Source: Jimgerdemannia flammicorona (lineage: Eukaryota). From it: a stretch of DNA of 35,276 nt. The translations under genes and the position numbers were made by a program. Location: contig RBNJ01000255.1 in assembly GCA_003990765.1 (NCBI GenBank), positions 1 through 35,276 on the forward strand, in the 5' to 3' direction. Below, piece by piece: positions 11,654-22,226 of the stretch. The notes below the pieces were generated by a model. It was not told the DNA's origin and did not search any database. It saw only the letters and a list, made by a program, of their open reading frames with translations. Within the stretch, counting starts at the first letter, position 1. Each line of letters starts with the position of its first letter.

Positions 11654-12900
11654 TGTATGTAAATATACCACAATGCATAGTGATCAGTGTAGACCACAAA
11701 TGGCTATCCTAGGAGGAAATGACACCATTCCTGAAGTGCAGTGACAATAGCCAGGAGTTCCTTCTCATGGGTGGTATATCAGGTCTTGGCTGGCTTGAGC
11801 TTTTGGGAAAGGTAGGCCATAGAGCAGTCTTCTTGGCTGAGTACTGCTCCAATGGCAATGTCAGAGGTATCTGTGGTCAGGGTGAATGGTCTGGTAAGGT
11901 TAGGTGCAATTAGTACTGGGGCCTCAGTAAGGAGTCTCTTGAGATGGTCCATAGCCAGAGTGCATTTGGGGGTCCATTCAGCTTTGATATTCACTCCTTT
12001 GCAGGCCAGACTGGTCAATGGAGCTGCAATAGCAGAATATCTTTGGATAAATCTTCAGTAATAACCAGCAATACTCAGAAAGTGCTGGAGTAGCTTGAGA
12101 GTAGTAGGGATAGGGATATCCTTAAGGGCTGATACCTTTCGGGAGTCCATAATGATATCTTCAGCAGAGATGATGTATCCTAAGTACTCAATCTGGTCTT
12201 GATAGAACTTACATTTGCTCATCTTGACATAGAGCTGGTGTTCTCACAGGAGGGTCAGTACCTATCTGAGGTGGGTGTAGTGTAGTTCTACTGTCTCACT
12301 ATAGATTAGTATATCATCAATATATACAAGGACACAGATGTTGAGGAGTAGTCCAAAGATGTCATTCATAGATACCGAAATGTTGCTGGTGCATTGGTCA
12401 ATCCAAAAGGCATGACTCAGAACTAGTAGTATCCAAACCATGTTCGGAAAGCTGTCTTCTCAATGTCCTTCTCATCAATGAGAATCTGGTGGTAGCCATT
12501 TTGCAAATCCAGTAGAGAAAAGGTCTTGGCCTTGAAGATTTGGTGTAGCAACTCGTCAATCTTAGGTAAGGCATACCAGTTCTTGATGGTGATCTTGTTG
12601 AGGGCTCTGTAGTCAATACACATTCACAGAGAGCCATCCTTCTTCTTGATAAATAGAATGGGGGCTCTAAATAAAGAGCAGCTGAGTTCAATATATCCTT
12701 AGGCCAGTAGTTTGGTCAATTCATCCTTGAGGGTCTTGAGCTCAGATTGGGCCAGTTGGTAGATACTATTGTATGGGGGTTCAGATCCTGGAATGAGATT
12801 AATTCCATGTTGGATTTGGCACTTGAGTAGAAGTCCTTGGGGGTCTTGGAATATATCCTGGAATTCTTCGAACAGTTCTTGAGCTTCTGTTGGAATTGGG
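10301..12900 (-). pseudogene. pol: E1 reverse transcriptase and RNase H, interrupted by retroposon copy 3
   Basis: CIDYRALN, LPKIDELL, KTAFRT, YIDD (~12314-12325), TTDTSDIAIGAVL, NCVADGFSR; removing the insert restores TDHYALWYIYIQPMLTYRQA. Confidence 0.95.
10431..11649 (+). mobile_element. 1.2-kb non-autonomous non-LTR retroposon, copy 3
   Basis: 46-nt poly(A) at 11604-11649, AATAAA at 11571-11576, 16-bp TSD GGGCTGTATGTAAATA at 10415-10430 and 11650-11665. Confidence 0.95.
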
Positions 12901-13022
12901 TTACTTATAGCTTCAGTGACTTCCTGTACTGTACAGATAAAGTAGGTGTTTCCCTTTTTTTGAGAGAGTCTCTTCATTTGAATGGCAGAGATGATTTCGA
13001 TTCCTTGGTGGTTGGTATCTTC

Positions 13023-13400
13023 CTAGGGTGTCAGGGTGATCTTTCTGCCTTTGTGGGTCAGGTTAATCTCATTGGTTCTCCAGTTGATGTCTGGGTCGTA
13101 CTGGGTCAACCAGGCTTTTCCTAAGATAATATCTTGTCCTGGGAGGTCTATAATACTGAAGTCCAACTTCTCTTGATATTTGCCAATCTTGAGCAAAAGG
13201 TCTTTACAGATCTTGGTCAATGGTATAGTCTTTTCATCACCAAAGGTAACACTTCTTTTCTTGGTAGTTGGTCTGCTTTGGGCTTCAATTCTCTTGGCTG
13301 TCTTAGTACTGATGTAGTTTCCAGTAGCACTACTATTAAGCAAGACATTGATATTTTGTCTGTGGACTTGGCCTGTGAACTTGATGCAACTGTTCTCCTT
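13023..13400 (-). pseudogene. pol: E1 aspartic protease
   Basis: INVLLNSSATGNYI (decayed LDSGA), DIILGKAWL, PDINW. Confidence 0.9.
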
Positions 13401-13561
13401 CTTGATAGTATTGAGCTCTTCATCTTCATTGTTGACCCAATTGCTGTCAGTCTCCTCGAAGTCAGTTTCTCCCATCCTTCACAAGGAGGGTTGTCTTATT
13501 TGGGTTCCTCAGTCTGTTGGGCTTAGCATTTCTCAGATTGAATTTTGAAAACTTTGGAGAG

Positions 13562-13660
13562 GCATATATGACATTCACCAACATATTCCATACAGTACAT
13601 TCAAATAGAATGAGGGCATTGTCCTTATGGTGCATAACCATCTGCAATTCTCTTGTACCA
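13562..13660 (-). other. E1 Cys/His zinc-finger-like module (WYKRIADGYAP*GQCPHSI*MYCMEYVGECHIC)
   Basis: Manual translation, in frame with gag-dUTPase; closely matches the E2 motif at 24262-24360. Confidence 0.75.
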
Positions 13661-13709
13661 GTTTTCATTATCTTCCTTTATAGTAGTGACCTTTTGACTG
13701 AGAGGTTTG

Positions 13710-14125
13710 TTGGTAGATCCAAATCCTTTCTTGCTACAGTCTGTCTGAGAGAGTTCAGAGACTTCTTCAATAGTAAGATCTTGATAAATTTCTTCGATGA
13801 TTGCTTGGGCAATTCTTTGACCTGTTTTGACTTCAAATGATGTGTCTCCAAAATTTCACAAGATAACATGGATTTTACCAGTAAATACTTGGTCAACTAC
13901 TCCTCCTCCTAGTCCAATGTTGAACTCTTTAGCTAGGCTACTTCACTCAGCATAGCAGATGTATATTCCTTTGGGAGCTTGTATTGTAATTCCTGTTCAC
14001 ACTGTAGTATTGATACTTGGTGGAATAGTGAGATCTTGGCTGCTGTAGAGGTCATATCTAGCATTGGTTGGGTGAGCCTTAGTGAGGATGGTAGCCTTGT
14101 ACCATATCTTCTATACTTTAATAAT
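13710..14125 (-). pseudogene. dut: E1 trimeric dUTPase, in frame with Gag
   Basis: All five motifs visible through stops: ARYDL, *SSLA, GVVDQVFTGKI, GQRIAQ, CSKKGFGST. Missed by the ORF track. Confidence 0.92.
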
Positions 14126-15975
14126 ATTCTTGGGGTTTTTCTTTTCTGGATCTTCTCTAATAACAGTAATATTCTGGTTACTGGGTTTGCCTGTTCTGTT
14201 CTTCTTCTCAGGGCATCTGAATGAGATGTGTCCTACCTTCTTGCAGATGAAGTACAATCCCTTTTTATGGAGCTGCTTCTTCTCATCCTCAGTGGGAGGT
14301 TTGGGTCCTCTGGGATTTTGCTGGTTCCTTTGATCATTCCTTTGATCATATCTTTGATCATTCCTTTGATTATTTCTCCTGGTAGGATTCCTCCTATCTT
14401 GGTTATCCTTCTTGTGTTCTTGATTTCGTGGAGCTTGTGTTACAAGGATTTCGCAGGCTCTTCTTTGTACTTGGGCAAAGTACCATAAGTAGTGGGGGCA
14501 TCCTTGGGGAAGACCTTGTTCCTTGATCTTCTGGGAGAGCCAGTCTGGTAGGGCTGTAAAGAGATGGTTGGCTCTGGTACCATTGATGGCCAAATTGTTT
14601 TCCTGGTAGGTAAGTCCAACGGTTTTGAGGTAAGCATCCATTCTGGTGGCAAAGGTCTCTAGATTCTCTTTGCCATTCTTGTGGAACTTCATCTGGGACA
14701 GTTTGTTCCAAGTTTCTTGTATGTAGGCCGCATTTTGGAATTTAGTCAATAGTAAGGCCTTGAGTCTTGGGCCTGCTTCATAGTCATCCCAACCTGGTCT
14801 ATTGTTGCTAGGTACTTGTCCAATAACTTGGAGGCGGGCTTCCCAGGTTACTGGGTATTGTTCCAAGGTTCACCAGAATTTGGCTGCTGTTCTAGTGAAG
14901 AATGTAGCTACTGTTTCTACTTGTGCTGTTGATGTGGCAAACAGTTGTTAGAGGGTGCTGTTCTGATTGTTGGTGAGCATTCCTATAGGTACTCAGTTAT
15001 CATTCTATTGGTTTACTTGGTAGTCTATATTAACTGCATTGATGAAGTTTTCAATGTCACTGTTTTTTCACTGAATGTTAGAATTTGCAAGATCTTGGTT
15101 GGCTTGTTCTGTTCAGCAATCTGTCCTACTATCCCTGCTAGTGCTGCTAGCTGGGTAGTCAGTGCTGTAATATTGACATCTACTATTGTGTTAACTATTG
15201 GTGGTGGGCCTGTTGGGGTAGATTCTCCTAAAGATTGTTCTGCTTGGTGGGGTTGTGGGGCTATATGACTTGGGGTTACTTGGTTCCCAGATATCAAGTC
15301 AAAGAGTTCTGTGAGAGAGGGTAAACCAAACCTCTATATAGGTAGCTGAGTTGGTTCTGGGGTCTGATCTTCTTGATCTGTAGTTCCTTGGTAAATTTCT
15401 AGGCCTGCTGTTCCTCATTGGCTATCATCAGACTGGTAACCTGTAGAGTCTTCATCTGACTTCCTTTCCTGATGAGATAGTACATCCTTGTACTAACTAG
15501 GTCCTTTAAAGAGGATATTAGTCTCTGACTGGGTAAATGGGCCTACTCCTTGTTCAGCAGTAGGGGATGGTTGGCCTGCTTGCTCATTCTCATACCTAGT
15601 TATGGCAGAGGCATAGTATATAACTAGCCTGTAATAGAGGGAGGTCTTGGTTGGGGTATGATGATATCTATCAGAGACAATCTACTTGACAGCTGCTTCT
15701 CTTGCAGCAGAGGGTGTGATATAATCTAAAAAATCCTGGGTGACTGCAGCAGTAGATTCTGGGGTCCTAGTGGTTCCAATGTATCCTTGGAGGAGTTTGT
15801 AGAACCTATGGCAGCTGACAATATTCCTAAGTCCTGGGTAGTATGTCCTAAAGACCTGATATAAATCCTTATAAGCCTGGTCAATTACAAGTTGATGAGT
15901 CCTTGGGTCTGTGGTTTTCTGATACCACCTGATCCTAATGACAAGGACTTCTCTGGCTCTGGTTTGAGGATCCAC
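14126..15975 (-). pseudogene. gag: E1 gag with long N-terminal extension and zinc knuckle
   Basis: LTFSE..DIENFI motif near 15070 (frameshift in an A-run); zinc knuckle YFICKKVGHISFRC (CX2CX4HX4C with first C>Y). Confidence 0.8.
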
Positions 15976-16060
15976 AGTTAATTCTGGGGGTTACTCCTAT
16001 CTAAGGTTGGTCTTGTTCCAACTTCAGGAGTATGTTCTTTGGTGCCTTCTTGGCTGGTAA

Positions 16061-16073
16061 ACTACTGCTACCA
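16061..16073 (-). promoter_or_regulatory. E1 primer binding site TGGTAGCAGTAGT (initiator tRNA-Met-like)
   Basis: TGG starts 3 nt inside the 5' LTR; TGGTAGC is typical of iMet PBSs. Confidence 0.75.
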
Positions 16074-16076
16074 AGT

Positions 16077-16832
16077 TGTAATAACTCTCACTTCTACCCC
16101 TCTCTTATCCTTTGGATAATTAGGGAAGTGGACTATTACTTAGGGACTTAGTACACAATGTGTACCAAGAAGCCTTCAGTTTGAGGAAGCACTCACTTAT
16201 AAATAAGTATAGTGGCAGTGCCTTCTGTTTCAAAGGTCTTTCTCTGGTGCCCTATTTTGAGGGTCTTGTTCTTTGCTGTGCACAGACTGAATTCGCCTTG
16301 GAATTCAGGTTCAATGGATTTACTTAAGTCTTTGGAGATTTATATACCAGTCTCAGTTCTGGCAGAAGTTAGCTAGGCTTCTGGAGTTTAATCAGAAACA
16401 CTAGAGTCACTTAGATGTCATTACTAAGACTCAGGGGAATGTATGTGTATAGGGGGGACTTGATTCTTGTATCAAGGACTGAACTAAAACTGCTTTATTT
16501 TGGATGGAAAACTGGGGGGTATTTATACAAGTTGGTCTGTGATTTCTGACTAAGTATGAGTGACTAATTTGGTAACTATAATGAGGTTTGTGATCGTGAC
16601 CTTTGTCAGGTGGTTTTTGGTAAAGAATATCTTTGTGATCAGGACCTCAATTACTAGGCAATGATCAGCAGCTGTGGCAACAGTTGCTGCGGCACCGATT
16701 GTTGGGGATAAGCTGGATATCGTTTTCCGCGTCGTTTCGCATCGTTCGTCATTAGTATGTCGCGCTTCGTTCGTATGATGACGTCATCGCCGTCGGGTCA
16801 CGTGATCGCTCGTCGCGCCTCGTTCTATTACA
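16077..16832 (-). repeat. E1 5' LTR (756 bp) with TATA box (~16520-16527), CRE-like TGACGTCA (16779-16786) and CACGTG E-box (16799-16804)
   Basis: TG...CA ends; direct repeat of 6518-7273; motifs read directly. Confidence 0.95.
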
Positions 16833-16837
16833 TCCAA

Positions 16838-17600
16838 TAACTGGTAATGTCCAGAAATAAAATTGCATTGAGGGATATCCATGTGTCAATTGTAAACGAA
16901 ATTTTGCCTGCTGAATTCTACTTATTGAATGTAAGATTATATTGGTGAGCTCTTTATAAATATATATATATAATTTAGCTTGCAAAGGTCATAGTACTGC
17001 TCTTATTTTACTTGAAATATCTGGCAGAGATTGTTGTACTCCTTCTTATAGGCCTCCAGGACATCTTTGCAAATAGTATCGGTACTTGGCAAATATAAAT
17101 CATGCTTGAGGAGGCCAAAGATGCTATACAATTGGTCACTCTCAATAGTTGTAAATGGCTGGTCTGTATACATAATCCAGCAAATGAGCTGATTTTGAAA
17201 TTCTACCAAAGAGTATGGCTAAATATTTTTGATTAAACAGGGTTGTTGATACAGAAATGGTCAGGCAATCAGATAAATATACCCACCACAGCTTGGATGT
17301 CAATTTTATTTATCTCTATATTCTTTTTGATTTTGTCAGAATGTTTGTCTTTTAATATTGATATATGTTTGAAGTTATATTACTAAGCATTTTGAACTTC
17401 TGGCTAATATAGTTTATGAGGGTGGATGAAACAGTATCATGTATGTGTCAAATAAAAGTGTCAGTTATATCAATAGGTACATCTTAATTTTTTATCTACA
17501 ATAATTATAAATAACATCATCTCCTATCTTAGTATAATGTTATCAGATTTTGGAGTAAGGATTATATGGAAGGTGTAGAACTATCAGGGATATTTGACTT
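16838..17600 (-). pseudogene. hAT transposase N-terminal part (decayed BED finger, first catalytic Asp)
   Basis: GKISFTIDTWIS..FLDITSY; FQNQLICWI..QPFTTIE..PSTDTI; decayed IW.HY..(C)NYC BED-like motif at ~17480-17550. Confidence 0.8.
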
Positions 17601-17734
17601 AAAGCATCATTGGTACTGTGAACTGTTGAAGACTAATCTGTTGATATGTATGTTTGTATATTTGTATATATATATATATTTGCATATATGTATATATATT
17701 ATATATATAGATGTATCTAGTATATAAGTTATGT

Positions 17735-18113
17735 GGAGGATTCAGATTAGAGAATTTGATTGAAGGATTTAGATGAGGATTTGGATTGAAGAATTTGAAT
17801 TGAAGGATTTGAATTAGAGGATTTAAATTGAAGGATTCAAATTAGAGGATTCAGATTGAGTAATTCAGATTAAGTGATTCAGATTGAGTGATTTGGATTG
17901 GGTGATTCAGATTAAGTAATTTGGATTGAGTAGTTCAGATGGAGTAGTTTGGATGAGACAATTCAGATGGGTGATTTGGATGAGGTGATTCAGATGGGGT
18001 GATTCAGATTAATCCAAGTTGATTCAGATGGCTTCAGATTTAAGATTCAGATCAAACTATTATGTAATGAATTGAATCCAGATTTGATTCAAATTGACTT
18101 ATTTAGAGCACTA
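17735..18113. repeat. hAT subterminal ~15-bp GATTYRGATT repeats and probable terminal inverted repeat (minus-strand TAGTGCTCTAAAT...)
   Basis: Many ggattcagatt/gatttggatt units; sequence switches abruptly to retroposon homology at 18114. Partner TIR not found in the window. Confidence 0.65.
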
Positions 18114-18782
18114 GTTCCAGTTGAGTGTAGCTAAGACATCTGATCTAGATAGCCTTGGGTCCCCTGACTACTCCTAATAACTGAAGCCTAATCTCATAAA
18201 TTACTAAAAATAGTCAAAAGTGATACCTACCACCTAACTACTCTATATCAATTAGACCCTAATAACCACTCTTAGCCTAATATTCTACTGGTCTACTATA
18301 ATTACTCTTCTTCCTATCTGTAATGACCATCTCTTCTCCCATCCTGACTCTATCTAAAAAGTAGTTATCTATATCAGAATCACACTCACCAAAAAGCTCA
18401 CCAAAGCTCAGAGAGCTCTACTATAAATACCAGAGATCTGCAAATAATCTATACTGGCACTTGATGCCTAAGATTAACTGACTCTATATATAGCCTATGA
18501 CTTACTAGATAATATTTTATTAATGATAGCAAAGGGAAGAAAGTATAACATCAAAATAAGAATACTTCAGATATAGCTGAAGGTATCAAAAATTATAAAA
18601 AAGTGAAGAAGATATTGATCTAATACTAATAAAGAGACAACTCATCACCATTGTCTCTCTTTCACTATCCTGTAATAGATATAGTAAATCAACTTAAGGT
18701 AGAGAGAGTAAAAGTTGTAGAAAGTAGACTTAAAAGATTATCTACTAAACTTTGTAACTAGTAAGATAGTGGAGAAAGAAGT
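18114..18782 (-). mobile_element. Heavily mutated 5' fragment of the same retroposon/LINE family (copy 4), cut by the hAT end
   Basis: Colinear with 4902-5600 with extensive C>T/G>A change; ends in GGAGAAAGAAG versus GGAGAAAGGAG. Confidence 0.85.
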
Positions 18783-19046
18783 GTTCTTTCTACTTATTAT
18801 ATCTCCTTTTCTCTACTATTTAATATTTGGTACAATTCTCACAAATCTTATTAATATAATAGTAAAGTTCTTTACTATAGAAACTCCTTATTTCTATTAT
18901 AATCACTTCTCTGTATTTATTAATAATAATATAATTCTCTTTATTATTGAAGATTTCTACTAACTAGTAGATTTTTTGATCAAAAATAATTTGTTTTAAT
19001 TTGAATGTTAACCTCTAAGTCTTAATAGTTAAGCTGATATTACTTT
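18783..19046 (-). pseudogene. Second, more decayed copy of the unknown gene fragment at 1218-1480
   Basis: Antisense translations align: YYLIFDVILINLINVMMKLITVEISYHYCNHLSIFINNDIVLFII versus YYLIFGTILTNLINIIVKFFTIETPYFYYNHFSVFINNNIILFII. Confidence 0.75.
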
Positions 19047-19142
19047 TATTAAATAACTTATCTTTAAACTTTTTTAAATTATCAAAAGTTAGATATGGTT
19101 AAATTTGGGTTACTTTGAAATTTCTCTATAGTTAAACTAAGT

Positions 19143-20652
19143 TATTATAAAGAGAGATACTTTATTAAAGTTACATAGATTATATATTTCTCTATGTTAC
19201 TAGATAAATGATATAAATCTGATAGAATGACATAAGGTTACATACTGGCATATTGAGTTACTATCTCAATACTCTTACTCAATAAGATATATAATCCAAA
19301 AAAAAGAATACAATGTGTACTTTTCAAAAAAAAGAACAAACTAAAGTAAACTAAATATAACTAATAGAATGCTATCTAGATAACTATAGAAGGTTAAAAT
19401 TCTCTACTTATAAGCATGAAAATAAGTAAAGAATATAGTAAAAGACTAGTAATATAGAAATTTTCATGAGTCAAAAAGTATTTCAAAATATATCCAAAAA
19501 TATTCATAAGTAAAGAATATAATATATATAATCTACTTATAGATAAGAGATACATATAATTATCTACTTCACAATACATGAATCTATTGTTAAGGAGATA
19601 TCTATTAATTCTTTTATTCTATAGTCATGCTACTTATTTGATATTGTATAGTTCTCTGCATAATCTATATATGAGCTTGCTATTTTTATTCTTACAATTG
19701 ATAGACATATAGTTTAGTGTCTATGTCATAATTCAGAAATACTATCTTGATGTCTATTTGATAGATTTTAAGATCATATACTATATCAATTATAAGGAGT
19801 ATTCTAAGTAAAGTAAGCTTAAATACTAGTAAAAATGTCTTATTATAGTCTATACTATAATTCTGTAAATAACTCTTAGTAACAAAATAAGCTTTATATC
19901 ACTCTATATTATTATCAGTATTGTACTTTATTCTATATACCCACTTGAATCTAATTACTTGATGATTTGGCAAAAGAGGTACTAAATCCCAGATATCATT
20001 CTTGATGAGCAAGTTATATTCCTCATCTATTATATATTTTTATTTCTTATTATTAATATTACTTATAGCTTCATCATATGTATTTAGCTCACTAGATATT
20101 ATGATATATATATATTCATATGCTTTGACATAGTTTATATAGTCCTTATATTGGTGTTTAGGGCTTACTAAAATATTCTAATAATTTTCTAAATTGGAAC
20201 AAGTTTCTCAGCAAATTTTGGAGTACTTTTGCTTATATACTCCTTATAAAGGATCTCTCATCACTAGGCTTACTATCATCTTCATCCTCAATCTCTATTA
20301 TTCTTAGCTCAGCCAACTTTGGCTCAGATACATATAGTGAATAATTTTCAACTAGCTATATTTGAAAAATATTTTTCTTTACCACTGAAGAGATAGATGA
20401 CAGTTGTTCTGATTGCTATATTTATACTGGCTGGAATGTAGAGCTTGTTTCAACTAGTACTTCCACATAGATCTCCAAGCTCTTTTCTCTAAACTATATA
20501 TTATGCAAAATGACTATATATTACTTACATAGATTTCATAGCCTATATACTTTGTTGGAATATCCAAGAAATATATACTTACTCACCTTGAGTTCAAATT
20601 TATATCAAATAGTATTACTTTTATTAAGGACATATGCATCATATCTAAATAT
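19143..20652 (-). mobile_element. Ty1/copia remnant: SH3-like domain, N-terminal RT, internal deletion, probable PPT (~19272-19283) and short 3' LTR (left boundary uncertain)
   Basis: IFLGYSNKVYRL; DEEYNLLIKNDIWDLV..KWVYRIK; YKAYFVTKSY..DYNKTF..QIDIKIVFLN, the transition-decayed form of YKARFVAKGY..DY.ETF..QMD.K.AFLN. Confidence 0.85.
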
Positions 20653-21099
20653 TGTAATGTAGCGGATGCTAAGATGAGCAAGTATGTCAGATTTCTTTAT
20701 CTTGAATTCTTGTCTTCTTGACTCCCAGAGTCAGTAGTTCCTTGAGGTCAAATGTATTTTTAAAGAGGTAATCCTGAAGGTCCTTTTATCGGTATACTTG
20801 TTCTTTTTCTAACACTTTCGATCTGAGGTTTATTTACTTAAAGATACTACAAGTTTGCTAGCTATGAGATGGCTACTGAGTTATGTGGCTAAGTTATGAG
20901 TCATTTAGATAATGTCTAGAAATTTAGACAATGTTGAAATGCTATACTAAATTGGGGTGTTCGATTTGGACAATGTCTAGAAATTTAGACAATGTCAGAA
21001 TTGGTGACTGCTAACTATAAGGCTATACTACTTTGGGAATGGGTGCGATCAAGTGTTTATTCCCTATTTCCTTCTTCCTAATTCAGCTATACTATCACA
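20653..21099 (-). repeat. E2 3' LTR (447 bp; 11-bp deletion removes the TATA region)
   Basis: TG...CA; direct repeat of 26236-26693; PPT-like AGAAGGAAG at 21101-21109; internal duplicated ACAATGTCTAGAAATTTAG-like units. Confidence 0.93.
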
Positions 21100-21136
21100 A
21101 CTTCCTTCTGAATAGATGGTCTCGTCTCTGAGGCAT

Positions 21137-21517
21137 TTATTCAAACTCCCATGCTTCAACTGTCTGTATGGTTTTATACTGTTCAATTTGCTATATGACT
21201 GTCTCCCAATGATGTCTCCTTACTTTATCGAAATCGGTAGGGGTTACTCCTCGCAGGTGAGCTAATGCTAATTCATCTTCTCGAAATAGCTTGTGGATCC
21301 TTTTGGTAATAGTGATCTGTGAGTAGGAGAGTTGGCACTCTGCGATTCAGTCTTCTTTGGTCTTTGCTGGATCCTGGTTGAGCACCTGTCTAAGCTTAAA
21401 GTACTCTTGGAACTCTGCCTGATGTTGGTAGGCACTAAAATGCGAGATCTGAGAGAGATGAGTCTGCACAATACTCTGAATACTATCATAACATTCCTCT
21501 ATAGTCGGAGGCACCAT
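21137..21517 (-). pseudogene. E2 extra 3' ORF, 127 codons, unknown function
   Basis: MVPPTIEEC...EYFKLRQVL...ITKRIHKLF...LRGVTPTDFDKV..WEFE* with two internal stops; aligns with the E1 extra ORF. Confidence 0.65.
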
Positions 21518-21577
21518 TGTCTTTCAATAGCCCTTTGTGCAGCACTAGTGATCTTGAGTGCTGCTGCAGTGCTCTGG

Positions 21578-22226
21578 TTATTGGCCATGGTACTTCTTGA
21601 GTCGGTTTTGGTGAATGGTGGTGGGGATTATTGTGCCTGAGGGCTTTCATAGTCAGAAAGTAGTCCCTTTTATATCTTGCACCAGGTAAGGTCCTTCTCA
21701 TTTAGGCTCCAGTTTTCATGACCAAGAAGCTTCTACCATATTCTGATACACCAGGACTTCATCTCCTATCTTGATAATCTCCAGGGGCTTGTGGGTTTTT
21801 TCCGCATTGTTCCATTGCAGTACCTGCACCTTGATGATGTAATCCTTTGCCTTTTTCCTGATCTGGTACAATCTCCATATCTCTATGTCCACATGCTTCC
21901 AAATTACATCATTACTTACTGACAAACTTCCACCAGAACTTTCTTCACTGAATAGCATTTCTCGTGGTGTAAAATGGGTAGGTTCTTCTTGCTTTGTCAT
22001 AGGTGTTTGTTCCTTCTATGTGACCTTATTCATGTACCTCTTTCATCACTTGATTCTTCTAGTACTCAGGGATGACTAATTGTTATCCTTTCTTGAGTAT
22101 TTCTCCATCAGTTTCGAATTGTTTCCATGTCTGATTAATAATTGTTTTTGTCCATTCTTCCAGATGCAGGGGCATCTTTCGCTGCTCCAGGTAGCTGATA
22201 ATTCCATAGTACAGCTCCTTATTCAT
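21578..22226 (-). pseudogene. pol: E2 integrase remnant lacking the catalytic core
   Basis: MNKELYYGIISYL..VHE*GHIEGTNTY joined directly to TPREMLF..IGDEVL..KLEPK*EGPY..HQNRLKKY. Confidence 0.85.

Larger units (their letters stand above)
6518..16832 (-). mobile_element. E1: full-length Ty3/gypsy chromovirus-type LTR retrotransposon (gag-dUTPase-ZnF-PR-RT-RH-IN-chromodomain-extra ORF), decayed
   Basis: Two 756-bp LTRs; 5-bp TSD TCTAA (6513-6517)/TCCAA (16833-16837); removing it restores the hAT frame (ITSYWIDLN); PBS and PPT present. Confidence 0.96.

Noticed and set aside
13490..13510. Programmed -1 frameshift heptamer CCCAAAT at the E1 gag/pol junction
   Set aside because: Wrong phase relative to the Gag frame; cannot be distinguished from a decay indel.
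17645..17730. Functional AT-rich element
   Set aside because: Simple (TA)n-like low-complexity tract, explainable by slippage and transitions.
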